64,000 nucleotides of DNA from an uncultured Chloroflexia bacterium (GTDB lineage: Bacteria > Chloroflexota > Chloroflexia > QHBQ01 > JADMIH01). Below the pieces are notes generated by a model that saw only the letters and a list, made by a program, of their open reading frames with translations, did not search any database and had not been told where the DNA came from. The stretch is from assembly GCA_963797095.1 (NCBI GenBank), contig CAWCNY010000003.1, positions 352,001-416,000 of the forward strand, written 5' to 3'. Made by a program: the position numbers and the translations under genes. How positions within the stretch are numbered: position 1 is the stretch's first letter; every line of letters starts with the position of its first letter. Positions 59,004-64,000 of this stretch are shown piece after piece.

Positions 59004-60410
59004 TTACCTTCTGTAGCGGATACCCCCCGCCGTCCTGTCCTTGTTCAACCGGCGGCTGAGGTGCAGACCTTCCAGCACGAACTCTACCGCCGCAGCCACG
59101 GCAGCCGGGTTGCCCTGCGCTTCCAGCTTGGTGATCGCGCTCTTTACCCCTTTGAGGTCGGCAGCCTGGTGCACATACTCCATCGCTGGCATCGAATCCG
59201 CGATCTCGATTGTGAGGCCATTGTGGAACCGCGTCACCACGTCGTCGAAGTCGCTCAGCGAGAAGCGGCGATTCCAGGCAGCCAGCACAGCCCCCTGCAC
59301 CAACTTCTCGATCACCTTATCCTCACGCACGTCGCCCACCGACTCAAGCTCGATCTTGCCCGCCGTGGACGCGATCAGCGAGTGCAGGTCCGAAACGCGG
59401 GGCACCACCCGGTGCTCGCCCAGCTTGATTGCGCGCTTGAGGGCGTTGCTGATCATGTTCTCGTAGTTGGAGATCGACACACGCACCGATACGCCTGAGC
59501 GCTGGGATATGTCGGGGTGGCGGCGCGCCAGGTGCGTGATCTCAGCCACTATCTCCTTCATATACTGCGGCACATCGATCTCGTAGCCTGAGGTGGCGAA
59601 GTGGTTGCGCTCCTGCTCCATAATATCCATCTCATGGTCAAGCGTCGTCGGATAGTGGGTCCTGATCTGCGAGCCTGCGCGGTCCTTCAGCGGCGTTATA
59701 ATCCGCCCTCTGTTCGTATAGTCCTCAGGGTTGGCCGATGCCACCAGGTAGATGTCGAGCGGCAGCCGCACTTTGTACCCGCGTATCTGCACGTCGCGCT
59801 CCTCAAGGATGTTGAGCAGGCCCACCTGTATCCTCTCCGCCAGGTCGGGCAGTTCGTTGATACAAAAGATGCCCCGGTTGGTACGGGGCATCAAGCCATA
59901 GTGGATGGTCATCTCGTCCGAAAGGTAGCGCCCTTCAGCCACCTTGATAGGGTCCACCTCGCCGATCAGGTCGGCGATGGTGATGTCGGGGGTAGCAAGC
60001 TTCTCACCGTAGCGTTGGTCGCGCCCGATCCACTCGATCTCAACTGCGTCGCCCAACTCCTCGACGAGGGCCTTGCCCATGGCGCTGATCGGCTCGTAGG
60101 GGTCATCGTTCACCGGGCTTGCCTTGATAACCGGGATCTCCTCATCAAGCAGGTTGACCAGGGCGCGTGCCATGCGGGTCTTGGCCTGCCCGCGCTCTCC
60201 CAGGAAGATTATATCCTGCCCTGACAGTATGGCGTTCTCGACCTGGGGAATAACGGTATCGCTGTAGCCAACTATCCCCGGAAAGATTATCTGGTTGTCT
60301 CTCAGTTTCTGTATAAGGTTCTTGCGCATCTCCTCCTTGACGGGGAGCACGCGATATTCACTCTGACGAAGTTCGCCCAGCGTGCTTGGCCGGGCCGGTT
60401 GGTTGGACAT
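59004..60410 (-). CDS. Magnesium-chelatase-like AAA+ ATPase (Rv0958-like)
   Basis: GERGQAKTR, EKLATPD, INELPDL, SANPEDYTNRGRIITPLKDR, SGVSVR. Confidence 0.88.
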   Translation of the reverse strand: MSNQPARPSTLGELRQSEYRVLPVKEEMRKNLIQKLRDNQIIFPGIVGYSDTVIPQVENAILSGQDIIFLGERGQAKTRMARALVNLLDEEIPVIKASPVNDDPYEPISAMGKALVEELGDAVEIEWIGRDQRYGEKLATPDITIADLIGEVDPIKVAEGRYLSDEMTIHYGLMPRTNRGIFCINELPDLAERIQVGLLNILEERDVQIRGYKVRLPLDIYLVASANPEDYTNRGRIITPLKDRAGSQIRTHYPTTLDHEMDIMEQERNHFATSGYEIDVPQYMKEIVAEITHLARRHPDISQRSGVSVRVSISNYENMISNALKRAIKLGEHRVVPRVSDLHSLIASTAGKIELESVGDVREDKVIEKLVQGAVLAAWNRRFSLSDFDDVVTRFHNGLTIEIADSMPAMEYVHQAADLKGVKSAITKLEAQGNPAAVAAAVEFVLEGLHLSRRLNKDRTAGGIRYRR

Positions 60411-60749
60411 AAGAAAAGTTCCTTCTATATATTACTCTGGTCGCGAAATTGGGGCTGCAAAGTGCGAGACTGGACCGCGTCGAACAGGTCCAGGGGATTT
60501 GCGTGCGGCTACACCCTCACGCACATACTATAAGATTAACGGGGCACGCGGTCAAGCCGGACAAACGGCTACTCGGTCGCTACTACGACCCTCTTATACT
60601 CCTCCAGGACCCCCTGTAAATCTATCTCCAGGCCGATTTCATAGACCAAAAAACCGCATATACTCGTTGCATACAAACAGGACTCTCCACATTAGACGGC
60701 TGCCCAACTGAACGGGAGAAGATACAACAAACCGAGGAGTAGAGAGAAG

Positions 60750-60965
60750 ATGAACCCTCCATTCGCGATGATCCAACAATTAGCTCAATATAGAGAAGAC
60801 GAAATACGCAGATCGGTAAATCAGCAAGAGATTCACCCCGCAAGGCAATCCAGGCCGCAAGGTCGATTTGCTACATCACTCAGCACCGTTTTCCAGAAGC
60901 GCGCACCGGCCCACAACTACGATGTCGTGTGCGCCGCCGAACAGGTTATCCAGCGCGTAGCGTAA
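60750..60965 (+). CDS. Hypothetical small protein
   Basis: GAGGAG RBS; 71 aa. Confidence 0.55.
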   Translation: MNPPFAMIQQLAQYREDEIRRSVNQQEIHPARQSRPQGRFATSLSTVFQKRAPAHNYDVVCAAEQVIQRVA

Positions 60966-61023
60966 TCTTCAGGCGCACGGTAGAGATAAGCGGGTGGAGA
61001 TAGCGAACCAGGGGCCTTTGGCC

Positions 61024-61860
61024 TCACGCTCGAAATCTCGCCAGCGCTGCCCGTGTCGAACTGATCCCGATCGCGCCGCTATCCTGCAAATCATCCAGGT
61101 GCTTTTTGCGACGCGCCACGTCCGCCTCCCAATTCTGAGGCGAAACCCCCGCCCAGCGTGCAAGCTCGGCAACCACTTCAGGCCGGATAAAGCGGTGGTC
61201 GAACGTATCGCTTTGTCTGTCCCATGAGGAGAGAAGAAAGGGGCACACACCCGGCAGAATGCCGGACGAACGGCCATCCACAGCCGGCAGGAGCAGGTGT
61301 ACAGCGTTGAAGCGCCGCACCGACGAGCCATAAGTACCGCTAACATAGAGGTTGATCACCAGGGTCAGCTTCGAGATCCATTCGTCGGGCACGAACAACG
61401 GGTCAGAATTGAGGATGCCGATCACATCGTCCACCGTTTCGGCGTGCATGGTCGAGCCTATGGCATACCCATTGTTGAGCAACTCGAACGTCTTGTAAAT
61501 ACGCGACCCCCACAGATAAATAGCCAGGTGGTCGCTCATCTCGTTCGCCAGCACATAGGTATGCGCGGGGTCGGCGTCGGGGGCCTGCGCGAACTCGAAG
61601 CTCTCGTAGTGCCCCCTCAGATAGACTTTTTTGTTGTCGGGCGGTATCAGGTCGAGCAGCGCGGTGAGCGTGGTGGTCTTTCCCGCCATCGGAGGCTCGG
61701 CGGCCACGATCAATGATGCCCGCTTCGATAGCATGGTCCACAGTAAGGACATGAGCGTGGTATCGGCACTGCCGGCGCTGATTATCTGCATAATCGAAAG
61801 TGGCACCGGTGCTTGCCAGTGCCAACCCCACCAACCAAACGGCTCCTCATTTTCGTCCAT
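61024..61860 (-). CDS. Short PilT/VirB11/CpaF-like P-loop ATPase
   Basis: PPMAGKTT Walker A; VLANEM Walker-B-like; GSTMHA His-box. Confidence 0.75.
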   Translation of the reverse strand: MDENEEPFGWWGWHWQAPVPLSIMQIISAGSADTTLMSLLWTMLSKRASLIVAAEPPMAGKTTTLTALLDLIPPDNKKVYLRGHYESFEFAQAPDADPAHTYVLANEMSDHLAIYLWGSRIYKTFELLNNGYAIGSTMHAETVDDVIGILNSDPLFVPDEWISKLTLVINLYVSGTYGSSVRRFNAVHLLLPAVDGRSSGILPGVCPFLLSSWDRQSDTFDHRFIRPEVVAELARWAGVSPQNWEADVARRKKHLDDLQDSGAIGISSTRAALARFRA

Positions 61861-61972
61861 AATGCTATCCCCTTTCTGCCTGTATTATACGACGAAAGCC
61901 GATATGGTATAATTTAACGGCGCGCAAATCCCCTTCCCCACTTCGATGGGCTGAGAATGTGGAGGAGACTCG

Positions 61973-62596
61973 ATGATCTGGGAAAGCCGCAAGTGGCGGT
62001 TAATTACGAGAATCCTGGCATTGGTGACGGCCAGCATCCTGATGTTTGCGGTGGCGGGACCGGTTTCCTATGCTTTGCAAGACGATACGCCAAAGCACAT
62101 CACCTTAGCCCGCCAGCTTTACGACGAAAAGGGCAGCCCCGTCACCAATCGCTATATCTACGTGGAAGCTCCACCCGATCTGACGCACGTGGTGGCGACG
62201 GGCGAAGGCGATAGCACGCGCTATCTGATCCCCATCAGCGGCTTCAATCATGAGCTTTTTATTTACACAGACAAAGGCGGCTACCTCTTCCCGTTCGACT
62301 ATACCCCGGAATCGGGCTTCCTCACCGACGCCACCCCTGTCCGCTATTTCGGCAAAGTAACCACCCTTCAGAGCCAACCCAACTCGGACCAAGCAATCGA
62401 GGGCCTGGCCGCGCAAGGGATCAATATCGACAAAGATAACGCAATGGTGCTCGTCCAGGGCGAAGAACCAAGCGACTACCGGCCAATAGTGCCGGTAATG
62501 CCCGCCCTGGCCCTGTTCTGGGGCGCGACCCTGATAGGAGCCTGGCAAATCTGGCGGGGCCGTCGCCCCAGGCGCAGGCCGACTTATGCAGCATGA
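61973..62596 (+). CDS. Hypothetical membrane protein (N- and C-terminal TM)
   Basis: GGAGGAG RBS; hydrophobic ends; basic tail. Confidence 0.7.
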   Translation: MIWESRKWRLITRILALVTASILMFAVAGPVSYALQDDTPKHITLARQLYDEKGSPVTNRYIYVEAPPDLTHVVATGEGDSTRYLIPISGFNHELFIYTDKGGYLFPFDYTPESGFLTDATPVRYFGKVTTLQSQPNSDQAIEGLAAQGINIDKDNAMVLVQGEEPSDYRPIVPVMPALALFWGATLIGAWQIWRGRRPRRRPTYAA

Positions 62597-62675
62597 CGAG
62601 TGACAAGTAACGAGTGACGAGTAACAAGTACCGCAATACGCAAGACGCAATAATCACTCGTCACCAACCATCACC

Positions 62676-64000
62676 ATGTACTTCAAACAATTCATAGCCG
62701 ATGATCTCGGGTGCGCATCCTATCTTATAGGTGATACTGAAGTGGGCCGGTGCGTGGTAGTCGATCCCAGGTGGAATATCACCGAATACGTCGAACTGGC
62801 CGCCGCCAGGGGGATGCAAATCAGCTATGTGATCGAGACGCACAACCACGCCGACCACGTATCCGGCCACGGCAAGCTGGCCGCGCTCGGCGCTCAGGTG
62901 GCGCTATTCCACACGGCGGATGTCGAATATCCTCATCTTCCCCTCAAGGATGGCGATACTATTACGCTCGGCAGTGTGCGCCTGCAAGCGATCCATACGC
63001 CCGGCCACCGCCCCGAACATATAGCAATCGCGGTCAGCGACCTCTCACGCACCGAAGAGCCGTGGCTTGTGCTCACCGGCAATTCCCTGTTCGTGGGCGA
63101 TGTTGGCCGTCCCGACCTTGCTATCGAGCCCAAAGAGGGGGCATCCCAGCTTTACCATTCATTGCGCGAGCGCCTGCTGGCCCTGGGCGATGGCGTCGAA
63201 GTCTATCCCGCGCACGTATCAGGCTCCCTCTGCGGCAAGGCCATGAGCGATAAAGGCAACTCCACTATCGGCTTTGAGCGCCGCTGGAACTCTCCCCTGC
63301 GCCACCACAGCGAAGCCGCATTCGTCAGGGATGTCACAGCCGAGCTACCCCCGCAGCCCCCTCAGTTTGCCCGCATCGTAGCCAAGAATCGCGGGCCTTT
63401 TCTCACCGAGGACCTGAAGGCAGGGCCAATCACCGCGAATGAAATCCAGAAGATGCAGCAGCAAGGCACGCTGGTGCTTGACACGCGCTCGCCCGATGCT
63501 TTCGGCGGCGGTCATATTCCTGGCGCTCTCGACGTCCACCTGTACGGCGGCCAGTTCGCCACCCGCGCTTCGTGGGTGATCCCCACCGGTGTGCCCGTTA
63601 TACTTGTGCTCGAATCCGCAAGCGACCTGGACCCGGCACTGGAGTGGCTGGCGATGGCCGGGCAGGACAGCGTGCGAGGCTATTTACTGGGCGGTATGAT
63701 CGCCTGGGAGAGCGCCGGCTTCTCACTCGAAACCATCCCTCAAATGGATGTCGAACATCTAAAGGCACACGTAGATGCCCACCATGCCAACCTCGTCATA
63801 TTGGACGTGCGCGAGGATTCGGAGTGGCGAGAAGGCCACATTCCGGGCGCGATACACATTCCCTTTCACGCCCTCAAAGACCACCTATCCGAGCTTCCCA
63901 GAGGCCGCGCTCTCGCCACCATCTGCGGCGGCGGCACACGAAGCAGCATAGCCGCCAGCATCCTCAAATCCCGCAACTTCAATGCCGTCAACGTCCCAGG
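62676..64000 (+). CDS. MBL-fold hydrolase with tandem rhodanese domains (persulfide dioxygenase/CstB-like), 3' truncated by the window end
   Basis: MYFKQF...GCASY, ETHNHADHVSG, TPGH, GDVGRPDL, YPAH; GHIPGA twice; ICGGGTRS; not in the ORF track because it has no stop in the window. Confidence 0.92.
   Translation, partial: MYFKQFIADDLGCASYLIGDTEVGRCVVVDPRWNITEYVELAAARGMQISYVIETHNHADHVSGHGKLAALGAQVALFHTADVEYPHLPLKDGDTITLGSVRLQAIHTPGHRPEHIAIAVSDLSRTEEPWLVLTGNSLFVGDVGRPDLAIEPKEGASQLYHSLRERLLALGDGVEVYPAHVSGSLCGKAMSDKGNSTIGFERRWNSPLRHHSEAAFVRDVTAELPPQPPQFARIVAKNRGPFLTEDLKAGPITANEIQKMQQQGTLVLDTRSPDAFGGGHIPGALDVHLYGGQFATRASWVIPTGVPVILVLESASDLDPALEWLAMAGQDSVRGYLLGGMIAWESAGFSLETIPQMDVEHLKAHVDAHHANLVILDVREDSEWREGHIPGAIHIPFHALKDHLSELPRGRALATICGGGTRSSIAASILKSRNFNAVNVP

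Noticed and set aside
59004-60410. bchI/chlI of (bacterio)chlorophyll synthesis
   Set aside because: Motifs and length match the non-photosynthetic Rv0958-like family, and no bch genes are nearby.

Overview
GC-rich chromosomal segment, most likely from a Chloroflexota (Chloroflexia-like) bacterium. The assignment is inferred from Chloroflexi-type surface-protein modules, a PGMPxTG sortase-like tail, a T-box and heptamer repeats. About 50 CDSs, mostly housekeeping or metabolic: arcC-argF, fused ETF, valS with a Val T-box, intein-containing pcrA/uvrD, pepF, sucC, cystathionine beta-synthase and recF. Highlights: (1) a chromosomal tandem of a divergent tRNA-guanine transglycosylase, with a remodelled 7-substituent pocket, and an Rmt/Sgm-type 16S rRNA m7G1405 methyltransferase, the best candidate for an uncharacterised RNA-modification/resistance system; (2) a selenoprotein (UPWC glutaredoxin fused to PDZ, with a SECIS-like hairpin) missed by the ORF track; (3) a 309-bp non-autonomous IS200/IS605 element with both ends intact, its own promoter and a structured RNA, inserted exactly on that gene's stop codon; (4) a cobalamin-riboswitch operon with an ECF transporter and two surface proteins resembling the two halves of transcobalamin; (5) five secreted proteins sharing two Chloroflexi-type modules, one broken by a single-base frameshift; (6) a MITE-like family and a modular heptamer-repeat family that also sits inside coding sequence. 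All family assignments are by motif recognition, with no database search.
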